Origin: Bacteroidota bacterium
Lineage (GTDB): Bacteria; Bacteroidota; Bacteroidia; AKYH767-A; OLB10
NCBI GenBank assembly: GCA_023251535.1
Contig: JAHEYP010000014.1
Location: forward strand, 11,726-75,725
Length of the DNA: 64,000 bases
Reading direction: 5' to 3'
Made by a program: the position numbers and the translations under genes. Shown one piece after another: positions 40,073 to 49,688 of this stretch; the stretch's first letter is position 1; the number at the start of each line of letters is the position of its first letter. The notes under the pieces were generated by a model, which saw only the letters and a program-made list of their open reading frames with translations, made no database searches and was not told the origin of the DNA.

Positions 40073-43000
40073 TTAGTTGTTTGTATAGAAAAGAATTTCG
40101 TTTAACGATTCACGTTGATTTGTCCAATTGTCGATTGTAGTTAAATAGGTTCGCAGAATTAACTCACCGGTAAGTACCCATTCGGTATAGTTGATTTCTC
40201 CTTCGTTGAGTTTATTCTTTAATCCGTTCTGTAATTGTCCAACTAATAGTAAGTCGGTACTAAGCGACCTTTCCAATATCGCTGTGCTAATTCGATATTT
40301 CGACAGCGCAATATTGATGTCATTGTCGATTTTTATACTCGATTTGGTTTTGTTCAGTTCATTGATTCGCAATCTGGCTTTCGATTTCTTTAAACCACTT
40401 CCGTAGTTGAAGCAAATCAACGGAATTTGTATTCCCGCATCAAATGATTGGTAGTTGATATTTGATAGGTAAGAAGAGGAAGTGCCTTCGCTGTTAAATG
40501 ACTGTAACGAATATCCTGCTCTAAACTTGGGGAAGAATTTAGCTTTTTCGATTTGGATAGCTCTGTTTAGAATTTCACTTTCTAATGTTATATGTTTTAT
40601 CGATAACTGTTCGGATTTTGAAATTGAGGATGTATCAATTTTCTCTATTGATAGTGATTTTAACATCGTAGGCTTAATGTAGTAATCAACTTGTATCAAT
40701 GATCTTAAATTACTTCCAACTTCAAATATTTGCTGGTTATTGTTTTGTAATTCGTTTAACAGATTATTTCTCCTTAGTTTCATTTGCAGTAATTCTCCAA
40801 CTCCGATTTCTCCTGCGTCGAACATTTGCTGGAATCTTTCTTGTGCTTTTGCGAATAAGCTATCCGTTTGAGTGAGTAAGGTTGCTTTGTATTGTAATGC
40901 GCTTAATTCATCGTAAAGATTTCGCACTGATTTGCTGATTTCTTTTTCGAATAATTTTCGCTCGTTTTCATTCTGTAAAAGCTTTATGTTGTTTTGCTTT
41001 TTAGCGGCAATAATTTCAGGGATATTTGGAATGTTTTGAATGAAGGTTATCCTGCTATCATTTGTGTTTCCATTCAAGTTTCCGAAGGATGTCGATATAT
41101 CTAATGGGTCAAATTTTGAATTTGATCTTGATTCGGAATTCATGATTTCAGCATTTAATGAAAACGCTTTTAATGCGCTGTTGTTTTCAATTGCAAGCCG
41201 AACGGCTTCTTCTTTTGAAACTACTTTTATTTCTTGTGCTTCTGCAGTGAAACCGATCATTAATGAAATTGCAATAATCCCTGCCTTGCTGAAATTCAAA
41301 TTCCTTATTTTAGGTTTTCTTTGTTCGAACATCACATAAAGTATTGGTAATACAATTAAGGTTAGTAGCGTTGCAGTTATTAATCCCCCAATCACCACCG
41401 TTGCTAATGGTCGTTGGACTTCAGCACCCGCACCATTGCTTAATGCCATTGGCAAAAATCCTAATGATGCTACACAGGCAGTCATTAATACAGGACGAAG
41501 TCGAATAGATGTTCCTTTTAGTACCAATTGCTTTGGATCTTTCATGCCTTCACGTTTTAATAAATTGAATTCGGTTATGAGTACAATTCCATTGAGTACT
41601 GCGACACCAAACAGAGCAATGAACCCTATACCTGCTGATATACTGAATGGCATATCTCGTAGCCATAAAGCGAATATTCCTCCCATTGCCGACAAAGGAA
41701 TAGCACTAAAGATTAATAGTCCTTGTTTAATTTTGCCGAAAGCAAAATAGAGCATTAGCAAAATTAGAAGAAGAGCAATTGGTACAGCAATCATTAATCG
41801 TTGCCTTGCTTGAATTAGATTTTCAAATTGTCCTCCGTAGGTAATGTAATACCCAGTCGGGAATTTAATTTGATTTTCTGTTTTTTCTTTTAATTCTTTT
41901 ACGATACTCTCGACATCTCTTCCTCTAACATTAAATCCGATTGTTATTCTTCGGTGAGCATCTTCCCTTTGAATTTGATTTGGACCAACTTCAATATTTA
42001 CATCTGCAACTTCTCTCAAAGGGATTATTATTCCATTGTTTTTAACGATTGGTAACGATCCGATATCTTCTGTTTTTGTTCGCGAAGTTGAATCGAGACG
42101 GATAGCAATGTCATAACGTTCTTCGTGCTCATAAACTGACCCTGCTAAATATCCACTGTATGAAGTAGCTATCGCTTTGTTAACTTCTTTTACTGTTATG
42201 TTGTGCTTTATTAATCCATCGCGGTTTACTCTAATAACTAATTGTGGTAATCCTGTGGTCGATTCAACATATAAATCGCGTGCTCCATCAACAGTATTGA
42301 TTATTCTTCCCAGATCATCAGCATATTTACTTAAGCTATCCAAGTCATCGCCGAATATTTTACAAACTACATCTTGGCGTGCGCCCGTCATAAGTTCATT
42401 AAATCGCATTTGCACTGGATATTGAAATCCTGTTGTTACACCCGGCAAATCTTCAACAGCTCTACTCATTTTCTCAGCTAATTCGTCGAAAGTTTTAGCG
42501 CTGGTCCATTCTGATTTGTCTTTCAGAATCACCATCATGTCGCTGGCTTCAATGGGCATAGGGTCGGTTGGAATTTCTCCACTTCCAATTTTAGTTACCA
42601 CTTTTTCGACTTCCGGAAATTTAGACTTTAATATTTCAGCAGTTTTTTGTGTTGCTTGTATAGTTGTGGTTAATGAACTTCCTGTAAGTGTTCTGGTGTC
42701 GACAGCAAAGTCTCCCTCTTCTAATTCAGGAATGAATTCTCCTCCAAGTTGTGATAGTACAACAACCGATAAAACAAATAGAATAATTGACGCTGCTACA
42801 ATTTTCCTAGGTATTAGAAGTGCTTTTTCTAAGATTTTTTTGAATTTGCGTTCAATGGCGATAATTATTCTTTCTGATAAATTACTGCCTTTTTTTATTT
42901 TGCGACTTAATACCAATGAACTCATCATTGGGATATAAGTCAATGAAAGTAGAAATGCACCTAAGATGGCAAACGATACTGTTTGTGCCATAGGCTTAAA

Positions 43001-44428
43001 CATTTTCCCTTCAATTCCTTCAAGTGATAAAATTGGGAGGTATACAATTAGAATAATGATTTGTCCGAATACCGCTGCATTCATCATTTTTCCTGATGAA
43101 GTACGAACTTCTCCGTCCATTTGTAGTTTGCTTACTTCGGTTAATTCAGCGAATTGTTTATTATGGTGAAGTCGATGTAAGATGGCTTCAACAATAATTA
43201 CAGCACCATCAACAATTAGTCCGAAGTCGAGTGCTCCTAAACTCATTAAGTTTCCGCTCACACCAAAGACATTCATTAGAATTATCGCGAACAACATTGA
43301 AAGAGGAATTACTGAAGCTACCAATAATCCTGCTCTGAAATTGCCTAAGAATAATACTAAAATCAATACTACAATTAGTGCCCCTTCAATCAAGTTTCGC
43401 TCTACAGTGGAAATGGCATTGTTCACCATTTTAGTTCTGTCGAGGAATGCTTCGACTTCGACTCCCTCGGGTAAAGTTTTGTTGATTTCTGCGATTTTTT
43501 CTTTTACTTTTTTAATAACTTTAGATGAGTTTTCGCCCTTTAACATCATTACAACTGCTCCGCATACCTCACTTTTATTGTTGTATAGTACTGCTCCATA
43601 TCGAACCGCAGAACCAATTTTCACTTCAGCCACATCTTTAACCTTTACCGAAGTTCCATTGCTGGTTTGCTTAATTGGAATGGATTCAATTTCTTGTTGA
43701 TTTTTTACAAGTCCCTCACTGCGTATGTATAAAACACTTGGACCCTTTTCTATATATGCACCTCCTGTATTTTGATTGTTTTGTTCAACCGCATCAATCA
43801 CATCTTGCAATGAAACTTGAAGAGATTTGAGCTTTTCAGGATTAATGGCTATTTCGAATTGCTTTAATTTACCCCCGAAAGAGCTGACATCGGCAACACC
43901 TTCGGTTCCGAGTAATTGTTTACGGATAATCCAATCTTGAATACTTCGAAGTTCCTGCAATGAATATTTGTTTTCATATCCTTTAGCAGGTTTTACTACG
44001 TATTGATAAATTTCTCCTAGACCAGTTGTTACTGGACCTAATTCAGGTCTTCCTACTTCAGGAGGAATTATTGAGGCGACTTGTTGGAGACGTTCGTTTA
44101 CTTGAGTCCTAGCCCAGTAAATATCAGTTTCGTCTTTAAATACTATCGTAACAACTGATAATCCGAAGCGAGAAAACGATCGTTGTTCGATGATACCCGG
44201 TATGTTTCGAGTTACTTGCTCGATAGGAGCAGTGATGATTCTTTCTATATCGGCAGCGCCATAAGAAGGAGATGATGTAATAATTGTTACCTGATTATTG
44301 GTAATATCGGGAACGGCATCGATAGGAAGTTGAGTAGCATTATAAACTCCGCCCACTATAAGTAGTAGAACAAATAAGCCTACAATCAACTTGTTTTTTA
44401 TCGATAGCCGGATGATTTTTTCCAGCAT
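40073..44428 (-). CDS. CzcA/CusA-family heavy-metal efflux RND pump fused in frame to a TolC-like outer-membrane factor (1451 aa)
   Basis: First ~1040 aa match the full 12-TM CzcA architecture and end ...VLPILYVMFEQRK; then a signal-peptide-like hydrophobic segment (NFSKAGIIAISLMIGFTAEAQ) and a ~400-aa OMF-like alpha/beta domain. Confidence 0.8.
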   Translation of the reverse strand: MLEKIIRLSIKNKLIVGLFVLLLIVGGVYNATQLPIDAVPDITNNQVTIITSSPSYGAADIERIITAPIEQVTRNIPGIIEQRSFSRFGLSVVTIVFKDETDIYWARTQVNERLQQVASIIPPEVGRPELGPVTTGLGEIYQYVVKPAKGYENKYSLQELRSIQDWIIRKQLLGTEGVADVSSFGGKLKQFEIAINPEKLKSLQVSLQDVIDAVEQNNQNTGGAYIEKGPSVLYIRSEGLVKNQQEIESIPIKQTSNGTSVKVKDVAEVKIGSAVRYGAVLYNNKSEVCGAVVMMLKGENSSKVIKKVKEKIAEINKTLPEGVEVEAFLDRTKMVNNAISTVERNLIEGALIVVLILVLFLGNFRAGLLVASVIPLSMLFAIILMNVFGVSGNLMSLGALDFGLIVDGAVIIVEAILHRLHHNKQFAELTEVSKLQMDGEVRTSSGKMMNAAVFGQIIILIVYLPILSLEGIEGKMFKPMAQTVSFAILGAFLLSLTYIPMMSSLVLSRKIKKGSNLSERIIIAIERKFKKILEKALLIPRKIVAASIILFVLSVVVLSQLGGEFIPELEEGDFAVDTRTLTGSSLTTTIQATQKTAEILKSKFPEVEKVVTKIGSGEIPTDPMPIEASDMMVILKDKSEWTSAKTFDELAEKMSRAVEDLPGVTTGFQYPVQMRFNELMTGARQDVVCKIFGDDLDSLSKYADDLGRIINTVDGARDLYVESTTGLPQLVIRVNRDGLIKHNITVKEVNKAIATSYSGYLAGSVYEHEERYDIAIRLDSTSRTKTEDIGSLPIVKNNGIIIPLREVADVNIEVGPNQIQREDAHRRITIGFNVRGRDVESIVKELKEKTENQIKFPTGYYITYGGQFENLIQARQRLMIAVPIALLLILLMLYFAFGKIKQGLLIFSAIPLSAMGGIFALWLRDMPFSISAGIGFIALFGVAVLNGIVLITEFNLLKREGMKDPKQLVLKGTSIRLRPVLMTACVASLGFLPMALSNGAGAEVQRPLATVVIGGLITATLLTLIVLPILYVMFEQRKPKIRNLNFSKAGIIAISLMIGFTAEAQEIKVVSKEEAVRLAIENNSALKAFSLNAEIMNSESRSNSKFDPLDISTSFGNLNGNTNDSRITFIQNIPNIPEIIAAKKQNNIKLLQNENERKLFEKEISKSVRNLYDELSALQYKATLLTQTDSLFAKAQERFQQMFDAGEIGVGELLQMKLRRNNLLNELQNNNQQIFEVGSNLRSLIQVDYYIKPTMLKSLSIEKIDTSSISKSEQLSIKHITLESEILNRAIQIEKAKFFPKFRAGYSLQSFNSEGTSSSYLSNINYQSFDAGIQIPLICFNYGSGLKKSKARLRINELNKTKSSIKIDNDINIALSKYRISTAILERSLSTDLLLVGQLQNGLKNKLNEGEINYTEWVLTGELILRTYLTTIDNWTNQRESLNEILFYTNN

Positions 44429-44502
44429 TGAATAAATAAGTTAAGAGTAATTAAAATGGAATTCCAAAGCGCTAAACGGCGCTAATTTGCACTTAATAAA
44501 AA

Positions 44503-44880
44503 TTATGCACGCGGCGGTTGCCAAACGGTATTCGGAATATGAATAGTATTATGTTCCTGATAATCGAAAAACAGGGTGGTTTCTATGTCATTGAAAACAA
44601 AACCGGGGAATTCTATTTTTTCTGTATTAGCAATTGGAGCAGATGCGAAATTGTACTCGAAACTTTTAAATGGAAGCTTCATGTCTTCATGTGCATCGCT
44701 ATCGTAGTTCTCTAATTCACGGTAATGGAGGAACAAAAACTCTGCAATGCCCAATTCTGGTTCAGTAATTCTATGTTCGTTAAAATGATGCGTAAGTGCC
44801 GGCAGCTTCATTAGCTGATACAATCCCGCTTGAGGGAAAGCTACAGCTAACAATAAAAATAAGGCTATGGCACGCTTCAT
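44503..44880 (-). CDS. Small secreted His/Asp/Glu-rich hypothetical protein at the head of the efflux operon
   Basis: Signal peptide MKRAIALFLLLAVAFPQAG; HHFNEH and HYRELENYDSDAHEDM segments. Confidence 0.45.
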   Translation of the reverse strand: MKRAIALFLLLAVAFPQAGLYQLMKLPALTHHFNEHRITEPELGIAEFLFLHYRELENYDSDAHEDMKLPFKSFEYNFASAPIANTEKIEFPGFVFNDIETTLFFDYQEHNTIHIPNTVWQPPRA

Positions 44881-44953
44881 AATCGCAAATATAGTGTCTA
44901 TAGACTAATATGTGAAATAAAACTTCTGAATCGGGAAAATCTATACTTGAAAC

Positions 44954-45652
44954 TTATTTTTTACTTGACAGATGAATGTAAAATGTATGATCCAAACATT
45001 TTCCGTTTGTGTCTGAATGTATTTTAACCTTATGTTGTCCGCTTTCGTCAAGGACATATTCTTCCATTTCTTTCAACTCGGGCACGGGCTTGTCAGATTT
45101 TATAACCCATACTTCTGTATTCGTTTTCACGTGGTCTTTGTAATAAGATTTGTAGGTAATACAATCATTCGGACTATAACAAGTTGTATTTAGAAACTCA
45201 TTTCCCAAGCTATCCAATACTATACGTTGTTCAACGGTAGGAATTGAATCTCCTTTAAAACTCCAATAAACAATCCATCCCCTTGGCATTGTATCCTTAA
45301 TACGCATTAAAGCCATGCTAAAACTACTATCGGCATTAAAAAGACTATCGGCAAACCACTCTTGATTTGGTTGGTAATACACTTTGTTGAACTTCTTTAG
45401 CTTCCCGTTTTCGTCAAAAGATGTCTTTTTATACAACTTTCCCGAAGAATTATAATAGTAATAAAGTGTAGTGGGAGGGAAGTCGCGCCTTACTTTCTTT
45501 ACAAGCTGTTCTTCTCTGTTAAAGTAACTCACCGAAACAGTATCACATACCTTTTGATCACAATCGCATTTTAGCTCATAAGTGATTTTTTGGGCATTGC
45601 TTTGGAATATACCCAATGTGCAAAATAGAAGAAGTAAAAGAATTCGTTTCAT
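44954..45652 (-). CDS. Hypothetical secreted protein
   Basis: Signal peptide; CDCDQKVC cysteine cluster; no family recognised. Confidence 0.45.
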   Translation of the reverse strand: MKRILLLLLFCTLGIFQSNAQKITYELKCDCDQKVCDTVSVSYFNREEQLVKKVRRDFPPTTLYYYYNSSGKLYKKTSFDENGKLKKFNKVYYQPNQEWFADSLFNADSSFSMALMRIKDTMPRGWIVYWSFKGDSIPTVEQRIVLDSLGNEFLNTTCYSPNDCITYKSYYKDHVKTNTEVWVIKSDKPVPELKEMEEYVLDESGQHKVKIHSDTNGKCLDHTFYIHLSSKK

Positions 45653-45764
45653 AGGGTGGCAAAAATAGCGAAGGGGAATAGATTCATTCGATTTCCTTTG
45701 TTATTTGAATCAGATTTGGATAAATCTTGGTAAATAGGTATATTTACGGCAAATAGCTATAGTT

Positions 45765-46193
45765 ATGGAGAATTTAACCGATATTAAATGTCCGAAGTGC
45801 CAGTCCTATAGGGTCATTAAAAGTGGAATTGTTAATAGTAAACAGCGCTTTTGTTGTAAGAATTGCAGTTATTATTTTACGGTTGATAAGCTGGGCAAGC
45901 GTATCGATTCATATTATGTGACCAAAGCTCTGCAGTTGTATATCGAAGGACTTAGCTCTCGAGAAATTGAACGTTTGTTAGGTATTAGTCATGTTTCTGT
46001 AATGAATTGGGTGAAGCAATATGGTTTGAAACGTCCGGTGAATAGTCAGTATCATCCAAGCTATAAAGTTTTGAATCATTCCGAGTTGGTGGAGTATATG
46101 AGTAAAAAGGAGAATCTTAGTGGTGCAGGATCGGTAATTACTGAGTTGGGTGATAAGTTTATGTTGATTAAATGGGAGCGGTTTAGATCCTGA
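45765..46193 (+). mobile_element. Truncated IS1-family transposase remnant (InsA-like zinc finger + HTH; no DDE/InsB part)
   Basis: CPKCQSYRVIKSG...FCCKNCSYYF zinc ribbon followed by HTH LSSREIERLLGISHVSVMNWV; the ORF ends after 142 aa and no catalytic ORF follows. Confidence 0.55.
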
Positions 46194-46348
46194 TTTTTTA
46201 AAATTTGAGTTTTTACCTCTTAAAATTGTTGTTTTTTAAGTAACTATTGTAAATTAACAAATAGCTACATTTAATTTGCAAAAAGAGGGTAGGTGTTTGC
46301 ACATTTGGTCGTCGGGTCCGGACTCCCAACCAATTAAAACATCTAACC

Positions 46349-47767
46349 ATGAAAAAAAATCTATTAACTATTGCCGGTGTTTGCTGTCTGTTGTTAAATG
46401 CATTCGTAGCTTCTGCTCAAGGAGGCGAAGGTTATGGCAGCGGAATCAAAATAAATTTGGATACCACCGGTACCCGATTTATTCGAATTATAAATTGGCA
46501 CCAAGTCTGGGTTCGATATAATGAAAACAATCCCGGTAGTACTGCTAATGGTGAGGCTTCAAATAGTCAAGTTGATTTCGCTATTCGTCGCTCTCGTTTT
46601 TTATTCATGACGCAAATTAGTCCGAAGTTTTTAGTAGTAACTCACTTTGGTATCAATAATCAAACCTTATTAAGCGGGGGCGCTTCGGGACAAGGAGCTG
46701 CCGGTACTGATGGTAAAAAACCTCAATTGTTTTTACACGACCTATGGGCTGAATATGCCATCAAAAAAGAGGTGATGTATTTCGGTGCAGGGTTGAATTA
46801 CTGGCAGGGTCCTTCCCGAAAAGCGAATGCAAGTACACTAAATTTCATGACGCTCGATGCACCGATTCATAATTGGTATAATATCGATGCTACAGATCAA
46901 TTCGGACGTTATCCAGGTATGTATATCAAAGGAAAAATCCTAAAAAGCAGAAAGCTTGATTATCGCTTAGCATTGAACTTTCCTTTTGCTATGCCTGCTG
47001 CAAATGCGCTCACAAAACTTGATACAACTGCTGCTAAAAACAATAAAGTAATAGCTTCTTATCGTGGTTTAGGAATGCAAAAAACAATGACTACAGGATA
47101 TATCATGTATCAGTTTAAGGAGAAAGAAAGTAATGTTCTTCCTTATACTGTCGGTACTTATTTGGGTTCAAAAAAAGTTATCAATGTAGGATTCGGAGGA
47201 AGCTATACTCCTGAAATGATGTGGGCACTTCAGAAAAATTCTTCTACAGGAAAATTAGATACAGTTCGTCAAGATCAACTGCTTTTGGCTGCCGATTTTT
47301 TCATGGACCTGCCGCTTAATAAAAGTAAAGGAACCGCAGTTACTTTGTATGCTTCTGCTCAGTATTGTAATATGGGCGATAACTTCGTTCGTTTAGTGGG
47401 ATTATCGAATCCTACTAATGGATTGAATTCGGAAAGCACTTATTCGGGGACTGGCAATAATGTTCCTGTTGTTGGTACCGGTACAATCATGTACGCTGAA
47501 GCAGGTTATCTTTTTCCTGCAACAAAAATCGGGAAATTTCAACCTTATGTTGCTTGTAACTATGCACAATATGATCGGATATCCGATGCCGTTATGATTA
47601 ATGATGTTGGTGTAAATTACTTAGTGAATGGCCATCATGCAAAAATTACACTCAATTATCGCTCTCGCCCTTATTTCGATTATAAAGATCCAGCTGTTAA
47701 ATATGGTGATATCGTGAAGAAGGGAAATAAGAGTGAAATTACTATGCAATTCCAAGTTTACTTGTAG
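46349..47767 (+). CDS. Outer-membrane beta-barrel porin-like protein
   Basis: Signal peptide MKKNLLTIAGVCCLLLNAFVASAQ; alternating amphipathic strands; C-terminal ...FQVYL. Confidence 0.55.
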   Translation: MKKNLLTIAGVCCLLLNAFVASAQGGEGYGSGIKINLDTTGTRFIRIINWHQVWVRYNENNPGSTANGEASNSQVDFAIRRSRFLFMTQISPKFLVVTHFGINNQTLLSGGASGQGAAGTDGKKPQLFLHDLWAEYAIKKEVMYFGAGLNYWQGPSRKANASTLNFMTLDAPIHNWYNIDATDQFGRYPGMYIKGKILKSRKLDYRLALNFPFAMPAANALTKLDTTAAKNNKVIASYRGLGMQKTMTTGYIMYQFKEKESNVLPYTVGTYLGSKKVINVGFGGSYTPEMMWALQKNSSTGKLDTVRQDQLLLAADFFMDLPLNKSKGTAVTLYASAQYCNMGDNFVRLVGLSNPTNGLNSESTYSGTGNNVPVVGTGTIMYAEAGYLFPATKIGKFQPYVACNYAQYDRISDAVMINDVGVNYLVNGHHAKITLNYRSRPYFDYKDPAVKYGDIVKKGNKSEITMQFQVYL

Positions 47768-47794
47768 GAGTTCTTACCTCAAAAAAATTAAATT

Positions 47795-49360
47795 ATGTCA
47801 GAACAAGCATTTAAAAAGACAATACGTAGTGTAATTGCCGCAAGCTCGGTGGGTACACTTATCGAATGGTACGATTTCTACATCTTTGGTAGTTTGGCTA
47901 CAATCATTTCTACACAGTTTTTCCCTGATGATAAATCTTCAGCTGCGTTACTTTCTACTTTAGCAATATTTGCCGCCGGCTTTATTGTGCGCCCTTTTGG
48001 TGCATTAGTATTTGGACGTTTAGGCGATATGATTGGGCGTAAGTATACTTTCTTGTTAACCCTTGTATTAATGGGCGGATCTACTTTCGCTATCGGATTA
48101 ATACCTACTTATAAAACAATTGGTGTTGCCGCTCCTTTGTTGGTGCTATTGCTTCGCCTCATTCAAGGTTTAGCTCTTGGTGGTGAATATGGTGGTGCTG
48201 CTACTTATGTCGCCGAACATGCTCCTGCTGGTAAAAGAGGATTCTATACCAGCTGGATTCAAACTACAGCAACTCTAGGATTATTCCTTTCATTAGGTGT
48301 GATCCTTACTACAAGAACTACCCTGGGCGTAGAAACATTTAACGATTGGGGATGGAGAATTCCTTTTCTCGTTTCTTCAATCTTGGTTGTAGTTTCCATC
48401 TACATCCGCATGAAGATGCATGAGTCGCCAATGTTTACTAAACTTAAAAAAGAAGGAAGGATTTCTACTAATCCTTTGAAAGAAAGTTTTGGTAAGAAGG
48501 AAAATCTTAAGATGGTTTTATTGGCTTTATTTGGTGCAGTTATGGGACAAGGAGTAATTTGGTATACTGGACAATTCTATGCTCAATCATTCATCGAAAA
48601 TACTTGTAAAGTCGATTTCGCTCAGTCACGGACAATGTTACTTTGGGCTATTGCTTTCGCAACTCCTTTCTTTGTGGTGTTTGGTAGTTGGAGTGATAGA
48701 GTAGGACGTAAATGGATTATGTTAGGAGGGATGTTCCTCGGATTGATTTCTTACCGTAGTATCTATCAAGAGTTGTTGGATGTAACTAACGATAAAAACA
48801 AAGTGGAAGTTGTTGCTGAAAAAACACAATCTTACGAATCAAAACTCGTAACAGGAACTGCTGATTCATTAACCAAAACGATCACTATTCGTAAGTTTGA
48901 AGATGGTGCTGTGTTCAAGGAGACTAAAACAGATACTTTATATGCTGAAGTAGGTAAAGTTACTATAAAACCAACCATTAAAATGGAAAAGACTTTGGGT
49001 AATCATGATTACCGCTGGATGATTTTCTTGGTGTTTATTCAAATCATTTTTGTTACGATGGTATATGGTCCTATTGCTGCCTTCCTCGTAGAAATGTTCC
49101 CAACGCAAATTCGTTATACTTCAATGTCACTGCCATACCATATTGGTAATGGTGTCTTCGGAGGATTGGTACCGTTTATATCAACTCTAATTATTGAGTA
49201 CACTAAAACACCTGATAATCCCGCAGGACAACCTTTAGCAGGGTTGTGGTATCCAATGTCAGTTGCTGCTATCTGTTTAATTATAGGAGTCTTTTATCTG
49301 AGCAATAAAATTGATCAGAATGTAAAAGATGAAGAAAATGCTTACATCCACCATCAATAA
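47795..49360 (+). CDS. MFS transporter, metabolite:H+ symporter (MHS) family, KgtP/ProP-like carboxylate permease with a ~95-aa inserted hydrophilic segment
   Basis: GTLIEWYDFYIFG, RLIQGLALGGEYGGAATYVAEHAPAGKRGFYTS and WGWRIPFL motifs parallel KgtP. Confidence 0.8.
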   Translation: MSEQAFKKTIRSVIAASSVGTLIEWYDFYIFGSLATIISTQFFPDDKSSAALLSTLAIFAAGFIVRPFGALVFGRLGDMIGRKYTFLLTLVLMGGSTFAIGLIPTYKTIGVAAPLLVLLLRLIQGLALGGEYGGAATYVAEHAPAGKRGFYTSWIQTTATLGLFLSLGVILTTRTTLGVETFNDWGWRIPFLVSSILVVVSIYIRMKMHESPMFTKLKKEGRISTNPLKESFGKKENLKMVLLALFGAVMGQGVIWYTGQFYAQSFIENTCKVDFAQSRTMLLWAIAFATPFFVVFGSWSDRVGRKWIMLGGMFLGLISYRSIYQELLDVTNDKNKVEVVAEKTQSYESKLVTGTADSLTKTITIRKFEDGAVFKETKTDTLYAEVGKVTIKPTIKMEKTLGNHDYRWMIFLVFIQIIFVTMVYGPIAAFLVEMFPTQIRYTSMSLPYHIGNGVFGGLVPFISTLIIEYTKTPDNPAGQPLAGLWYPMSVAAICLIIGVFYLSNKIDQNVKDEENAYIHHQ

Positions 49361-49372
49361 AATCACTTTGCT

Positions 49373-49600
49373 ATGTCACAGTTAAGGAAAATATTAGGCA
49401 TCGTATGGATGCTTCTAGGGCCGGCTACTATTATATTTTTAATCAGTCAGGCTTCGCATAAAATCTCTCAACCTACAAGTACAACAAACGATGTGCTGCA
49501 GTGGGGAATCATCATCACCATCTTTGTTCCAATAGCTATCGGACTGATGATATTCGGGTACTATGCCGTAAAAGGAGAGTACGCAGAAATAGAAGAATAA
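49373..49600 (+). CDS. Small 2-TM membrane protein, unknown function
   Basis: 75-aa ORF starting 13 nt after the MFS gene, with two hydrophobic helices. Confidence 0.4.
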   Translation: MSQLRKILGIVWMLLGPATIIFLISQASHKISQPTSTTNDVLQWGIIITIFVPIAIGLMIFGYYAVKGEYAEIEE

Positions 49601-49688
49601 ATTAGTAATTACAATCAGGCCGGTATCGTCGCAGGTCCGGCTTGGTTGTTCTTAATTTATTATGTTGAATTTTGTTTAAATTAGTGCA

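Noticed and set aside
41040-43700. A series of 60-170-aa plus-strand ORFs (41040, 41436, 42177, 42516, 42966, 43182)
   Set aside because: All lie antisense inside the 1451-aa RND-OMF gene. They have low-complexity, Ser/Ile-rich translations typical of shadow frames in AT-rich coding DNA.
46276-46521. An 81-aa ORF overlapping the start of the porin gene
   Set aside because: It is out of frame with the porin gene, has an Arg/Cys-rich low-complexity translation, and the porin ORF has a clear signal peptide. It is not a continuation of the IS remnant's InsB part.
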